A stretch of 63,942 bases of DNA, filler included, from an uncultured Acidimicrobiia bacterium (GTDB lineage Bacteria > Actinomycetota > Acidimicrobiia > Spongiisociales > JAOTWH01), in NCBI GenBank assembly GCA_964347285.1. It is 5 parts of 5 records of this genome, joined end to end, with 100 filler letters (N's around TTAATTAATTAA, not from the genome) between each part and the next. Parts side by side here need not be neighbours in the genome. Positions count along the whole stretch, not along the records: positions 16,434 to 32,439 come from CAYFYE010000060.1; positions 32,540 to 47,299 come from CAYFYE010000062.1; 3 more parts are not named here. One strand, 5' to 3'. Below are positions 27,814 to 37,970 of this stretch, piece by piece. How positions within the stretch are numbered: position 1 is the first letter of the stretch; every line of letters starts with the position of its first letter. The notes under the pieces are model-generated. The model made no database searches. It saw only the letters and a list, made by a program, of their open reading frames with translations, and was not told where the DNA came from. A program made the translations under genes and the position numbers.

Positions 27814-29304
27814 TCACGAAGCGGCCAGGGGCCGTCCCTGAGCCTCGGTGCGGGCTTCGGCGGAGCGGGCGATACGTCGGGCCATTCGTCCGAAGATCGC
27901 GATGTGGAAAGGAAACAGGGCATACCAGTAGAGGCGGCCCAAGAGGCCCCGCGGTTCGAAACGGGCCTCCTGGTGGAGGTGCGTCCCCCCGGTGTCCTCG
28001 ACGGCAACAAAGGAAAGCCAAGCGGTTCCCGGCAGCTTCATCTCGGCTCGCAATACCAGCCTCCGCCCCGGTTCGACGGCGGCGACCCGCCAGAAGTCGA
28101 GCGCTTCGCCGGGACGCAGGTCGGTGGGATGACGCCGGCCTCGCCGCAGGCCCACCCCACCCGAGGCCGAATCGAGCCAGCCCCTCAGGCGCCAGGCCCA
28201 ATTCATCGCGTAGTAACCGACCGAGCCTCCCAATCGGGAGAATGCCCAGAACAGATCATCGGGAGTGGCGCGCGCCGGCACCTCCCGGCGGTCGATGAAC
28301 ACAGTTCCTCCCGACCAGGAGGGATCGCTGGGCTGGGGAGCGGCCGGGAGCTCGGAGGCATCCGACCATCTGGTGGTCACCTCGAGTTCTCGGGTGTGCT
28401 GCAGCGCCAGGCGTACAGCCGTCCGATACGGGGTGGGCTCATAGGGGATCACCTCGGCTATCGAATCGTCACGGACGACCACCTCGTTGCGCAGGCTGTC
28501 CACCAGAGGCCGGGCCACGCCGACCGGTAGAGGCGTCACCAGGCCGATCCACAGAGAGGACAGCCGTGGGCTGAGCACGGGTACGGGAATGATCCGCCGA
28601 CGGGGCAGTCCGGCTTCCTGGGCGTAGATCTGCATCATCTCCTCATAGCTGAGGATGTCCGGGCCTCCAATCTCGAAGATTCGGTCGGTCCCGCCCGGGT
28701 CGCCGAGCGCTTCGGCCAGGATCTCCAATACATCGCCGATGGCGATCGGCTGACACCGGGTCCGCACCCATTTGGGGGTGGTCATCACCGGAAGGACCTC
28801 GGTGAGGTAGCGCAGCATCTCGAAGGAGACGGAGCCCGAACCGATGATGACGGCGGCCCGCATCTCGGTCACCGGAGTCTTCCCGGCCGCCAGCACCCGG
28901 CCCACCTCCTGGCGACTGTCGAGATGGTGAGAGAGGGCGTCCTTCTCATCGCCCAGCCCACCCAGGTAGACGATCCTGCGCAAACCGGCCCGATCGGCTG
29001 CCTCACGGAAGTTCTTGGCCGCGACCGCATCTCGAGATCTGAAATCCCCCGACCCGTCCATCGAATGGATGAGGTAGTAGGCGAACTCGCACCCGGCCAT
29101 TGCCGATTTCAGCGTGGAAGGCTCCAGCGCATCGGCGCGCACGATCTCCACGTCGTCACGCCACGGGTGAAGGCCGAGCTTGGCCGGAGAACGCGTCATG
29201 CATCGAACCCGGTAGCCGGCTGTCAGAAGGTGCGGCACCAGTCGCCCACCGATGTAGCCGGTCGCTCCGGTGACCAAGACGATGGGTTGGGACGCAGCTT
29301 TCAC
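27814..29304 (-). CDS. Atypical SDR NAD(P)-binding protein + DUF2867 (YbjT-like)
   Basis: VTGATGYIGG, YYLIHSM, RAAVIIGSGSVSFE, LDFWRV, LRAEMKLPG. Confidence 0.9.
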   Translation of the reverse strand: MKAASQPIVLVTGATGYIGGRLVPHLLTAGYRVRCMTRSPAKLGLHPWRDDVEIVRADALEPSTLKSAMAGCEFAYYLIHSMDGSGDFRSRDAVAAKNFREAADRAGLRRIVYLGGLGDEKDALSHHLDSRQEVGRVLAAGKTPVTEMRAAVIIGSGSVSFEMLRYLTEVLPVMTTPKWVRTRCQPIAIGDVLEILAEALGDPGGTDRIFEIGGPDILSYEEMMQIYAQEAGLPRRRIIPVPVLSPRLSSLWIGLVTPLPVGVARPLVDSLRNEVVVRDDSIAEVIPYEPTPYRTAVRLALQHTRELEVTTRWSDASELPAAPQPSDPSWSGGTVFIDRREVPARATPDDLFWAFSRLGGSVGYYAMNWAWRLRGWLDSASGGVGLRRGRRHPTDLRPGEALDFWRVAAVEPGRRLVLRAEMKLPGTAWLSFVAVEDTGGTHLHQEARFEPRGLLGRLYWYALFPFHIAIFGRMARRIARSAEARTEAQGRPLAAS

Positions 29305-29329
29305 AAGAAACCTGTTGTGCTCAGATGAC

Positions 29330-29341
29330 TTTAGTACTAAA
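29330..29341. promoter_or_regulatory. Perfect AT-rich palindrome in divergent intergenic region
   Basis: TTTAGTACTAAA. Confidence 0.45.
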
Positions 29342-29426
29342 TTGCCCCCACAGGCAAGGCCAGCCCCATGAAAGCACTGCATACCGGCCCCGTGCCGTCC
29401 TCCGGCAGCCCGGAGAGGAAGAGGCA

Positions 29427-29618
29427 ATGAGCGAAAGCTTGAGCGCGCACCGAGTCGGCCATGGACCGCGCCGTCGGCCTCAATCCCTGGACGAGCGCCG
29501 TTACTGCAAAGAACCCGACTGCACGACGATCATCTCTCGCTACAACACCGCCGACTACTGCTACCGGCACGCCCCGGTGCGATTTCCCAGAATGCGTGGC
29601 GTCGTGACGGAGTCGTGA
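29427..29618 (+). CDS. Small putative Zn-binding protein (63 aa)
   Basis: RBS GAGG; C-x4-C...SRYN...C-x2-H. Confidence 0.7.
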   Translation: MSESLSAHRVGHGPRRRPQSLDERRYCKEPDCTTIISRYNTADYCYRHAPVRFPRMRGVVTES

Positions 29619-29653
29619 AGGCTCCGACCCGGCTCCAGCACTAACGTCCGAAC

Positions 29654-30487
29654 ATGGCTTCCTGGACATCGCTGACCCTCAAGGACGCCGCCGATGAGCT
29701 CGGCGTCCACTACATGACGGCCTATCGATACGTCCGGCTCGGCCTGCTTCCCGCCCGCAAGGAAGGGTCTGTCTGGCAAATCGAGAGGTCAGACTTGGAT
29801 CGTCTCGCGGCGGGCCGGCCCAAGCCGAGCAAGGCCCCGGTCCGGGCCGACTGGGCCCGGCGCCTGACCTCCCGGCTGATAGCCGGCGACGAGGCCGGGG
29901 CATGGCAGATCGTCGAGGCGGCCATGACGTCGGGCAAGGATGCGGCCCACATCCATCTCGAGGTGCTGTCTCCGGCAATGCGATCGATCGGATCCGCCTG
30001 GGCCCGAGGTCGACTCGACATCGCCGATGAACACCGTGCCACGGCCATCGCCCAGCGCATCATCGGCCGTCTCGGCCCTCACTTCGCACGGCGCGGCCGG
30101 TCGCGAGGAACGGTCGTGATCGGGACTCCGGCCGGCGAGCTTCACGCCCTTCCGACGGCCATGGTCGCCGACCTGCTCAGGGGTGCCGGCTTCGCGGTCC
30201 TCGATCTGGGTTCCGACCTGCCGCCAGAGTCGTTTGTGGTCGCAGCACAGGACGCAACGCGCCTCGTTGCCGCAGCGGTGAGCGTGACGTCGCCGGGGTC
30301 CTTGCGCCCCGCCAAGAAGCTCATAGCCCTTCTGCACGAGAGCCTCGACGACGTTCCTGTGCTGGTCGGTGGGAACGCCGTGACCAGCCCCGAACAGGCC
30401 CAATCCTTGGGGGCCGACGGCTGGGCCGCCGACGCCGCCGGCGCCGTTGCAGCCGTCGAATCGCTGCTCTCTCCCACACCGAGCTGA
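29654..30487 (+). CDS. HTH + cobalamin-binding regulator (CarH/LitR-like)
   Basis: Excisionase-type HTH LKDAADELGVHYMTAYRYVR, W-x9-EH, GELH, DLG.DLP. Confidence 0.85.
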   Translation: MASWTSLTLKDAADELGVHYMTAYRYVRLGLLPARKEGSVWQIERSDLDRLAAGRPKPSKAPVRADWARRLTSRLIAGDEAGAWQIVEAAMTSGKDAAHIHLEVLSPAMRSIGSAWARGRLDIADEHRATAIAQRIIGRLGPHFARRGRSRGTVVIGTPAGELHALPTAMVADLLRGAGFAVLDLGSDLPPESFVVAAQDATRLVAAAVSVTSPGSLRPAKKLIALLHESLDDVPVLVGGNAVTSPEQAQSLGADGWAADAAGAVAAVESLLSPTPS

Positions 30488-30491
30488 TTCG

Positions 30492-31094
30492 ATGGATCCG
30501 GCTCGCCTCGCCGCCACCCAGCTAGCCCGCATGCGGGCGATGACCGGCTACTACCACCGCCGCTTCTTTGCCGACGTCCGCTTCACCCTGGTAATCATCC
30601 TCGGCTTGTTCGGTGCCGGGCAATTCGGCGCCGATCGCCTCTACCTCGGCGTAGCCCCGGTTGCCCTGCTGGGAGCCGCCCAGACCGCCTTTGACGCCTC
30701 GTATCTGATCTTCGCCCGTCAGTATGCGGCTCGGCTCGAGGCGTACCTCAATCGGCGCGGGGGCGACGAGGTGCTGGTGGCGGCCCGGCTCGAGAACGCC
30801 TACCTGTTCCCGCTCGACCGCCGCAAAGTGGTGACGTTCGCCTTTGGTGCGGGGTTCTCCTGGTTCGGATTCATGACTGCGCTGTACACCGCCGCCGGCA
30901 TCGGGGCATACGGCGCCGGACTGGCCGCATCGTGGGCCGTGCTCGAGGAGCTCGGCGGCGCATGGGCAGCGACCTATCTCGTCTTGCTGGGCATCGCCAC
31001 CGCGGCCAGCCTGGCCACGGGCCTGTGGTGGTTCGTCGGGGGCGAAGGGGAGCGCCGGCTCAAGGCAATCCTCGACGAGGCTTTCGGCGGGTAA
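30492..31094 (+). CDS. Hypothetical membrane protein
   Basis: 4 TM, 4 nt downstream of the regulator, good codon bias. Confidence 0.7.
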   Translation: MDPARLAATQLARMRAMTGYYHRRFFADVRFTLVIILGLFGAGQFGADRLYLGVAPVALLGAAQTAFDASYLIFARQYAARLEAYLNRRGGDEVLVAARLENAYLFPLDRRKVVTFAFGAGFSWFGFMTALYTAAGIGAYGAGLAASWAVLEELGGAWAATYLVLLGIATAASLATGLWWFVGGEGERRLKAILDEAFGG

Positions 31095-31180
31095 GTCGAC
31101 CCCGCCTCCCCCACTTCGACGCACCTGTCCCCCCAATCCACTCGGCCCGCCCGGTTCCGGCCGTGGGACAATGTTGGTCG

Positions 31181-32439
31181 ATGACAGAAGTCGGCAAACG
31201 CATTCCCACTTTCATCGTTGTCATTGCCCTCTTGGTCGTTGCCTGTGATGGTGGAGACGGGAGCGCGCCGACTACCACGTCGAGTACCGGACCCACCGCG
31301 GCTCCGTCCCCCACGACCACCATCGCCCCCCTCGCCCCGCCCATCACCCCACCTTCGCCGACCACCGTCACGACAACCCTCTTCCGCCCCGAGCTGGGTA
31401 CGCCACAGGTCGTCTACTTCCTCATGGAGGGGCCGGCCGACGCCCTCGGGCCCCACCTCGTACCGGTGTGGAGGGATGCCACCGCTTCACAAGGGCTGGC
31501 GGGCGCCATCGAAACCCTCCTCGCCGGTCCCACCCCGGCGGAGCGAGGGAGCACGATCTCGACGGGAATCCCTCCGACCACCAGCCTCATTGGGGTCGAG
31601 GTCGACGAAAGCGGCCTGGCCTCGATCGATCTCAGCGGCGACTTCGAGGCCGGTGGCGGCACCTTCTCCATGCAGGCCCGGCTTGCCCAAATGGTCTTTA
31701 CGGCCACGAGATATCCGGGAGTCGAGGCAGTCAGCCTGCTCATCGACGGCGAGCTGGTCCGGGTCTTCTCCGCAGAAGGCATCGTCATCCAGTCGCCGCT
31801 CACCCGTACGGCATTCATCGACCTGCTGCCTCCGATCTTCGTCGATGATCCCCCGTGGGGCGGCCCGATCGACCACCCGGCTCGCCTGCGAGGCGAGGCC
31901 CAGGTGACCGACGCCGAGTTCATCACGGTCCTCTCCGACGCCGACGGCGAGATCATCGCCGAGTTCCCGGTCTCCACCAGCCCTCCGGCCTTCAATGTGG
32001 CCCTCCGCTATTCGGTCGAGGTCGACCAAAGTGGAACGCTGTTGGTCTTCACGAGGGGGCCCGGGGGCCCGGAGAACGCCCGTGCCTATCCGGTGCTCTT
32101 ACAGCTCCCGCAAAGCGGTGCCCTCTGCTCGGCGGCCGGCTTGTCTGCCGAACCCGTACCTCAGGTACTCCCCGAAGCGGTGGCCGCCACCCGAGCCGCC
32201 GTCATCGAGGCGGCCGTGGCGTGCGATTTCCAGCTCTTGGCGGCCATCGCCGAGCAGAACCCGTTCTTCACACTCAGCTTCGGAGCCGATGAAGACCCGG
32301 CCGAGTTCTGGAGGAGCGAGGAGGCGGCCGGCTTCCCGGTAACTCGTCTCATGGTGCAGTTGCTCAACACGCCTCCCGTGCTGGACGCCGATTTCCCCGA
32401 ACCCACCTACTTCTGGCCCTCGGCGTTCCGGGCAACGCC
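31181..32439 (+). CDS. GerMN/Gmad2-domain lipoprotein (3' truncated)
   Basis: Lipobox LVVAC, Thr/Pro linker, LLAGPT..E...STGIP, AQMVFTAT, PPIFVDDP. Confidence 0.85.
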
Positions 32440-32539
32440 NNNNNNNNNNNNNNNNNNNNNNNNNNNNNNNNNNNNNNNNNNNNTTAATTAATTAANNNNN
32501 NNNNNNNNNNNNNNNNNNNNNNNNNNNNNNNNNNNNNNN
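32440..32539. other. Artificial contig linker
   Basis: N run + TTAATTAATTAA + N run. Confidence 0.98.
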
Positions 32540-32558
32540 CGGTCCCGATACAACCGCA

Positions 32559-33762
32559 ATGGGTAGGGTGCTGGTCCTCGCATCCGTTCTGGCATTTCCC
32601 CTCTGTCGGCCGGCGGGACCGCCGAGGCGGTCGAGCTCGATCCGCCTGATCAGTTGCTCGGCTTGATCAACGTCCAACGAACCAGTTTCGGTCTGGCTCC
32701 TCTCGAGACCTATTGGGACCTCGCCGACGACGCCGAGGCTCATTACTTGGCGATGATGAGCCGGGGCACTCGCTACCACAACGCCGACCTGGCCTCGGCC
32801 ACCACCATCGGGTATGTCTTCGCCGAGAACGTGGGGGTCGGACCTAGTATCGAAGCGATCCACGCCTCGTTCATGTCGTCTCCGACACATCGGGGAGTGG
32901 TATTGGGCGACTTCAACTACGTCGGCATCGGGGTAGTACGGGAGAGCCCACTCAAGCTGTGGGTGACGGTGGTGTTCATGCAAGGTCCCCCCGGCCTGGT
33001 CGGCGCAGCCCCGATGACTTCCGAGCAACCGGTGGACGTACCCCCTCCGGCCGGAGGCGGCATCGTCGCCCTGACCGATCCGAGCACGGGCATCTGGTAC
33101 CTGCGGCAGCCCGACGGCATCGCTTACAGCTTCTACTACGGCAATCCGGGGGACTACCCGGTGTTCGGCGACTGGGACTGTGACCGGGAGGAGACTCCCG
33201 GCCTCTTCCGGCGCCCCGACGGGTATGCCTACCTGCGTAACTCGAACACGCCGGGATTGGCCGACGTCGGCTTCTACTTCGGAGACACCGGCGACATCCC
33301 TCTCGGCGGCGATTTGCACGGGGATGGCTTGGCTGTGACACCTTGGCGGTCTACCGACCCGGCGAAGGGCGGACGTACGTGATCAACCGGCTCGGGTCCA
33401 ATGATCGTGGCCTGGGCCGAGCCGATTTCACCCTGGTGTTGGGGGGCGCAGGGAGCCAGGTGGTGGCCGGCGACTTCGATGGGGACGGCGTCGATACCCT
33501 GCTCGCCGTACCCGGAGCAGGCTGGGTGGCCGGCGAGTGGGACGGCGATGGGCGCGAACAGCTCGGGCGGTTCGACGCCGGCCGAGCCCGGTTCGAGCTG
33601 TTCGCCTCCGCGGCGGTCCGCTGGCATCGTTCTTCTTCGGAAACCCCGGCTGGCAGCCGGTCGGAACCCAACTCCGCTAGCGACCCGGCGACCGTCGGAG
33701 GGTACGGCCAAAGCCGGACGACCGCCGAACGCATAGGATGCCTCTATCGAGCCCACCCCTGA
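32559..33762 (+). pseudogene. Secreted CAP (SCP) domain + FG-GAP-like repeat protein, multiple frameshifts
   Basis: LIN..R...GL.PL, AENVG, FMSSPTHR, YVGIG; GDWDCD/GDFDGDG repeats; frame changes near 32600, 33335 and 33620. Confidence 0.75.
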
Positions 33763-33772
33763 GGAGGCGACT

Positions 33773-35716
33773 GTGAGTGAGGCGATCGAGAACCTCTTTC
33801 AAGAAACCCGTACGTTCCCCCCTTCGGCGGAGTTCGCGGCTCAGGCCAACGCCGGGCCCGACATCTACGAGGGCGCCGCTGCCGACCCGCTCGGTTTCTG
33901 GCTCGGCCAGGCCAAGTCGCGCCTTTCTTGGTTCAAGGAGCCGACCGAGACCTTGGACGAGTCCGAGGCGCCGTTCTTCAAGTGGTTCGCCGACGGAGAG
34001 CTCAACCTCGTCTACAACTGCCTCGACCGCCACCTCGATGAACGAGGCGATCAAGTCGCCTATCACTGGGTCGGAGAGCCGGGCGATAGCCGCACGATCA
34101 CCTTCCGCCAACTCCACGACGAAGTAGGACGCCTCGCCAACGCCCTCAAGGCCCTGGGAGTGAGCCGGGGCGACCGGGTGGCCGTGTACCTGGGCATGAT
34201 CCCCGAGCTGGCGGTGGCGATGCTGGCGTGTGCCCGCATCGGCGCAGTCCACTCGGTCGTGTTCGGCGGTTTCTCGGCGGGAGCCCTGGCCGATCGCATC
34301 ATCGATGCCGAAGCCAAGGCTGTCATCACCGCCGATGGTGCATGGCGGCGGGGATCGGCGGTGCCCCTCAAGGCCAACAGCGACGAGGCGCTGGCCCGGT
34401 GCCCCACGATCGAGCATGTGATCGTCGTGCGCAGGTGCGGTAACGACGTCGAGATGGCCGAGGGCCGCGATCACTGGTACCACGAGCTCGTCGCCGACCA
34501 ACCCGCCCAGTGCGAGCCGGAGTCCATGAACGCCGAAGACATGTTGTTCATCCTCTACACGTCGGGCACCACGGCCAAGCCCAAGGGAGTGGTCCATACC
34601 CAGGGCGGCTACTTGACTGGAGCCGCCACGACCCACCACTACGTGTTCGACATCAAGCCGGACGATGTGTACTGGTGTGCGGCCGACATCGGGTGGATCA
34701 CCGGCCACTCCTACATCGTCTACGGGCCGCTGGCGAACGGCGTCACCAGCGTCATGTACGAGGGAGCCCCCGACTTCCCGGACAAGGACCGGCTCTGGCA
34801 CATCGTCGAGGACTACGGGGTCACCAAGTTCTACACCGCCCCCACGGCCATCCGGGCCTTCATGAAGTGGGGGACGCAGTTCCCCGAGGCCCACGACTTG
34901 ACGTCGCTGCGCCTGCTGGGGACCGTCGGCGAGCCCATCAACCCGGAGGCGTGGATGTGGTACCACACCCACATCGGCGGCGGCCGGGTGCCGATCGTCG
35001 ACACCTGGTGGCAGACCGAAACCGGCTGCATCGCCATCACCCCTCTACCGGGGGCGGTCACCACCAAACCCGGCTCGGCCACCAGACCCTTTCCTGGAAT
35101 CGAGGCCGACGTGGTCAACGACGACGGCGTATCCGTTCCACCCGGGGGCGGCGGCTATCTCGTCATCAACCAGCCGTGGCCGGCGATGCTGCGAACGATC
35201 TTCGGCGATCCCGATCGCTACGTCAAGACCTACTGGTCCCGCTTCCCCGGCCTGTACTTCGCCGGCGACGGATGCAAGCGGGACGAGGACGGCTACTTCT
35301 GGCTCCTGGGCCGGGTCGATGACGTCATGAGCGTTGCCGGTCACCGCATCAGCACCGCCGAGGTGGAATCGGCGCTGGTGGACCATGCCGCCGTGGCGGA
35401 ATCGGCCGTGGTGGGCCGATCCGACGAGCTCACCGGCGAAGCGATTGCTGCTTTCGTGACGCTCCGCTCCGGCGTCGAAGGCAGCCCGGAGCTCGTCGAC
35501 GAACTGCGTGAGCACGTCGCCGCCAAGATCGGACCGATTGCCCGGCCCAAGAGCATCATCTTCACCGAGGACCTGCCCAAGACGAGGTCGGGCAAAATCA
35601 TGCGCCGGCTACTCAAGGACATCGCCGAAGAACGCCACCTCGGCGATGTGACCACGCTGGCCAACGAGGACGTCGTGCGCGAGATCGCCGCCAAGGCACA
35701 GTCCAGCGAGGTTTGA
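33773..35716 (+). CDS. acs: Acetyl-CoA synthetase
   Basis: [49 protein letters not shown]. Confidence 0.97.
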   Translation: MSEAIENLFQETRTFPPSAEFAAQANAGPDIYEGAAADPLGFWLGQAKSRLSWFKEPTETLDESEAPFFKWFADGELNLVYNCLDRHLDERGDQVAYHWVGEPGDSRTITFRQLHDEVGRLANALKALGVSRGDRVAVYLGMIPELAVAMLACARIGAVHSVVFGGFSAGALADRIIDAEAKAVITADGAWRRGSAVPLKANSDEALARCPTIEHVIVVRRCGNDVEMAEGRDHWYHELVADQPAQCEPESMNAEDMLFILYTSGTTAKPKGVVHTQGGYLTGAATTHHYVFDIKPDDVYWCAADIGWITGHSYIVYGPLANGVTSVMYEGAPDFPDKDRLWHIVEDYGVTKFYTAPTAIRAFMKWGTQFPEAHDLTSLRLLGTVGEPINPEAWMWYHTHIGGGRVPIVDTWWQTETGCIAITPLPGAVTTKPGSATRPFPGIEADVVNDDGVSVPPGGGGYLVINQPWPAMLRTIFGDPDRYVKTYWSRFPGLYFAGDGCKRDEDGYFWLLGRVDDVMSVAGHRISTAEVESALVDHAAVAESAVVGRSDELTGEAIAAFVTLRSGVEGSPELVDELREHVAAKIGPIARPKSIIFTEDLPKTRSGKIMRRLLKDIAEERHLGDVTTLANEDVVREIAAKAQSSEV

Positions 35717-35729
35717 GCGACGGGGCGGG

Positions 35730-36698
35730 TCAACCGCCCCGGGCCAGGAGATCCACGAAGCGCTCCACACCGATGTTTCCACCCGACAGGGTCACCCCGA
35801 CCCGTTGACCGGTGACGTCGATGCGGTTGGCCAGCAGGACGGCCAGGCCGCAGGCCCCGGAAGGCTCGAGAACCACCTTCATGCGCTCGAAGGCGAACGC
35901 CATCGCGTCGAGAATCTCCTGATCGGTGACCACAACGACCTCGTCCACTCGCTCTCGCATCACCGCGAACGTGCGCTCCCCGGGTGAGGTGGTCTGCTGC
36001 CCATCGGCAATTGTTCGCGGAGTGGGGATGGTGACGATACGGCCGGCGGCCAGCGATCGACGGACGTCGTCACCGGCGGCCGGCTCCACCCCTATCACCC
36101 GGACGGGCGGATCCTGCGCCTTGGCCACCGTGGCGCACCCCGAGATGAGACCTCCGCCCCCGACGCACACCACGAGCGTGTCGAGATCGCCGACGTCGGC
36201 GAACAGCTCGAGGGCGGCCGTGCCCTGGCCGGCGATGATGTCCCAATGATCGAACGGCGGAATCATCGCCAAACCCCGTTCGGCAGCGAGCGCGTCCCCC
36301 AGCGAGGTGCGCTCTTCGGCATATCGGTCGTACGAGACGATCTCGGCCCCGTAGCCGCGGGTGGCGGCCACCTTGGTGGCCGGAGCGTCGAGGGGCATGA
36401 GGATGGTCGCCGGCACATCGTGCAGAGCCGCTGCCAGCGCCACCGCCTGGGCGTGGTTGCCCGATGAGTAGGCGGCTACACCCCGGGCCCGCTCGACGGG
36501 GTCGAGCCGGCTGATGGTGTAGTAGGCCCCCCGGAACTTGAACGACCCCGTGCGCTGAAAGCACTCCGCCTTGCAGAAAACCTGCGCCTCGAGCCCCTCG
36601 TCGAGACTGCGGCTGGTGAGCACCGGAGTGCGCTGAGCGCGGCCGCCCAGCACCCGGGCGGCTTTCTCGACGTCGTCCAGGTCGATGAGGCGTCCCAC
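35730..36698 (-). CDS. PLP-dependent serine/threonine dehydratase family (hydroxyaspartate ammonia-lyase-like)
   Basis: QRTGSFKFRGA, SSGNHAQA, GGGGL, EPSGA, SGGN; no ACT domain. Confidence 0.92.
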   Translation of the reverse strand: MGRLIDLDDVEKAARVLGGRAQRTPVLTSRSLDEGLEAQVFCKAECFQRTGSFKFRGAYYTISRLDPVERARGVAAYSSGNHAQAVALAAALHDVPATILMPLDAPATKVAATRGYGAEIVSYDRYAEERTSLGDALAAERGLAMIPPFDHWDIIAGQGTAALELFADVGDLDTLVVCVGGGGLISGCATVAKAQDPPVRVIGVEPAAGDDVRRSLAAGRIVTIPTPRTIADGQQTTSPGERTFAVMRERVDEVVVVTDQEILDAMAFAFERMKVVLEPSGACGLAVLLANRIDVTGQRVGVTLSGGNIGVERFVDLLARGG

Positions 36699-36884
36699 AC
36701 CCGGCGAGGCTAGACGCGGGCTCGGCCGGGTTTGCGGGTCCGCCGGTTCGCTCTGGATTTCCAAGCAGCCAACCGCGTGTGGTCCGGCGCCCGGCCGTCT
36801 TGGGCCGATCGGCCCTGGCCCCCGATTGAGACTTCACGATGATGGAGATGCGGCAGAATTGGAATGACGAACGGGGGTTCCAGG

Positions 36885-37949
36885 ATGGATCGGTGGACGG
36901 TTCCTCCCCTTCGGGTGGCCATCCTGCTGCTGGCAACGGCCGTGGCAGCGGCCGGCTGCGGGGACTCCGCATCACCGGCAGACACAGAGGATGGGGTGCC
37001 TTCGGGAACCGTGGTGCTCTACACCTCGATGCCCCTGCCGATCGTGGAAAGGCTCGAGGGCGTCTTCGAGGGAGCCTTCCCCGACATCGAGGGCGATCTG
37101 TGGATTGCGCCGGGTGCCGCCGAGGCGGGAGGTATAGACCTCGAGATCGTGCGCGGTCGCACCGGCGACATCCAGGAGCGGATCGCCGACGAGCTGGCTT
37201 CGGGCGGTATCGGGGCCGACGTCATCTGGCTCGCCGAGCCCTCTCCGTACGAGGAGTATGCGGCCGACGGACTTCTCGCCCCCTACAGCCCTCCGACCGA
37301 AGCGCCGATCCCCGAGGCTCTGATCGACCGGGAGGGGTTCTATGTGGCCGGCCGCATCATCAACATGGTGGTCGCCTGGAACACCGATCTCCGTCCCGAG
37401 GGACTCCGGGACTGGACCCAATTGCTGGAGGCCCAGAACGCCGTGTTCCCCGGGCCGGGATCGGGGGCGGCCCGGGCCGCCATCAAAGCGCTCTCAGAAG
37501 CTTTCGGGGACGATTTCTTCGCCCGCTTCGTTGCGGCCGGGGGCTCCCAGGTGGACGACAACGGCACAGCCCGAGATCGTCTGGTCGAGGGCAGCCACGA
37601 TGCCGCCGGGGTGCTCGACTACATGATCCGACTCGCACGACAGGAAGGTTCCCACGTCGATCTCGCCTATCCGGAGAGCGGCACCGTGATCATCCCGAGT
37701 CCGATCGCCGTCACCGCCGCAGCGGCGAATCCGGCCGCCGCCCGAGTCTTCGTCGATTTCGTCCTGTCCCGACAGGGCCAGCAGATCGTTGTCGAAATCG
37801 GCAGCTTCTACCCGGTCCGCACAGATGTCGCTCCCCCGAGCGGGGCGCCGCCCCTGGACGAAATCACTGCTCTCGAAATCGACTGGAGCGAACTCGCCGC
37901 CGAGACCGAGAGCATCGACCAGATGTGGACCCAGCTGTTCGGGGAATAG
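36885..37949 (+). CDS. ABC substrate-binding lipoprotein (AfuA/SfuA-like)
   Basis: Lipobox AAAGC, LYTS, ADVIW, YPESGTV..PSP, FVLS..GQ. Confidence 0.85.
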   Translation: MDRWTVPPLRVAILLLATAVAAAGCGDSASPADTEDGVPSGTVVLYTSMPLPIVERLEGVFEGAFPDIEGDLWIAPGAAEAGGIDLEIVRGRTGDIQERIADELASGGIGADVIWLAEPSPYEEYAADGLLAPYSPPTEAPIPEALIDREGFYVAGRIINMVVAWNTDLRPEGLRDWTQLLEAQNAVFPGPGSGAARAAIKALSEAFGDDFFARFVAAGGSQVDDNGTARDRLVEGSHDAAGVLDYMIRLARQEGSHVDLAYPESGTVIIPSPIAVTAAAANPAAARVFVDFVLSRQGQQIVVEIGSFYPVRTDVAPPSGAPPLDEITALEIDWSELAAETESIDQMWTQLFGE

Positions 37950-37970
37950 GCCCCATCGACCGACAGGAGC

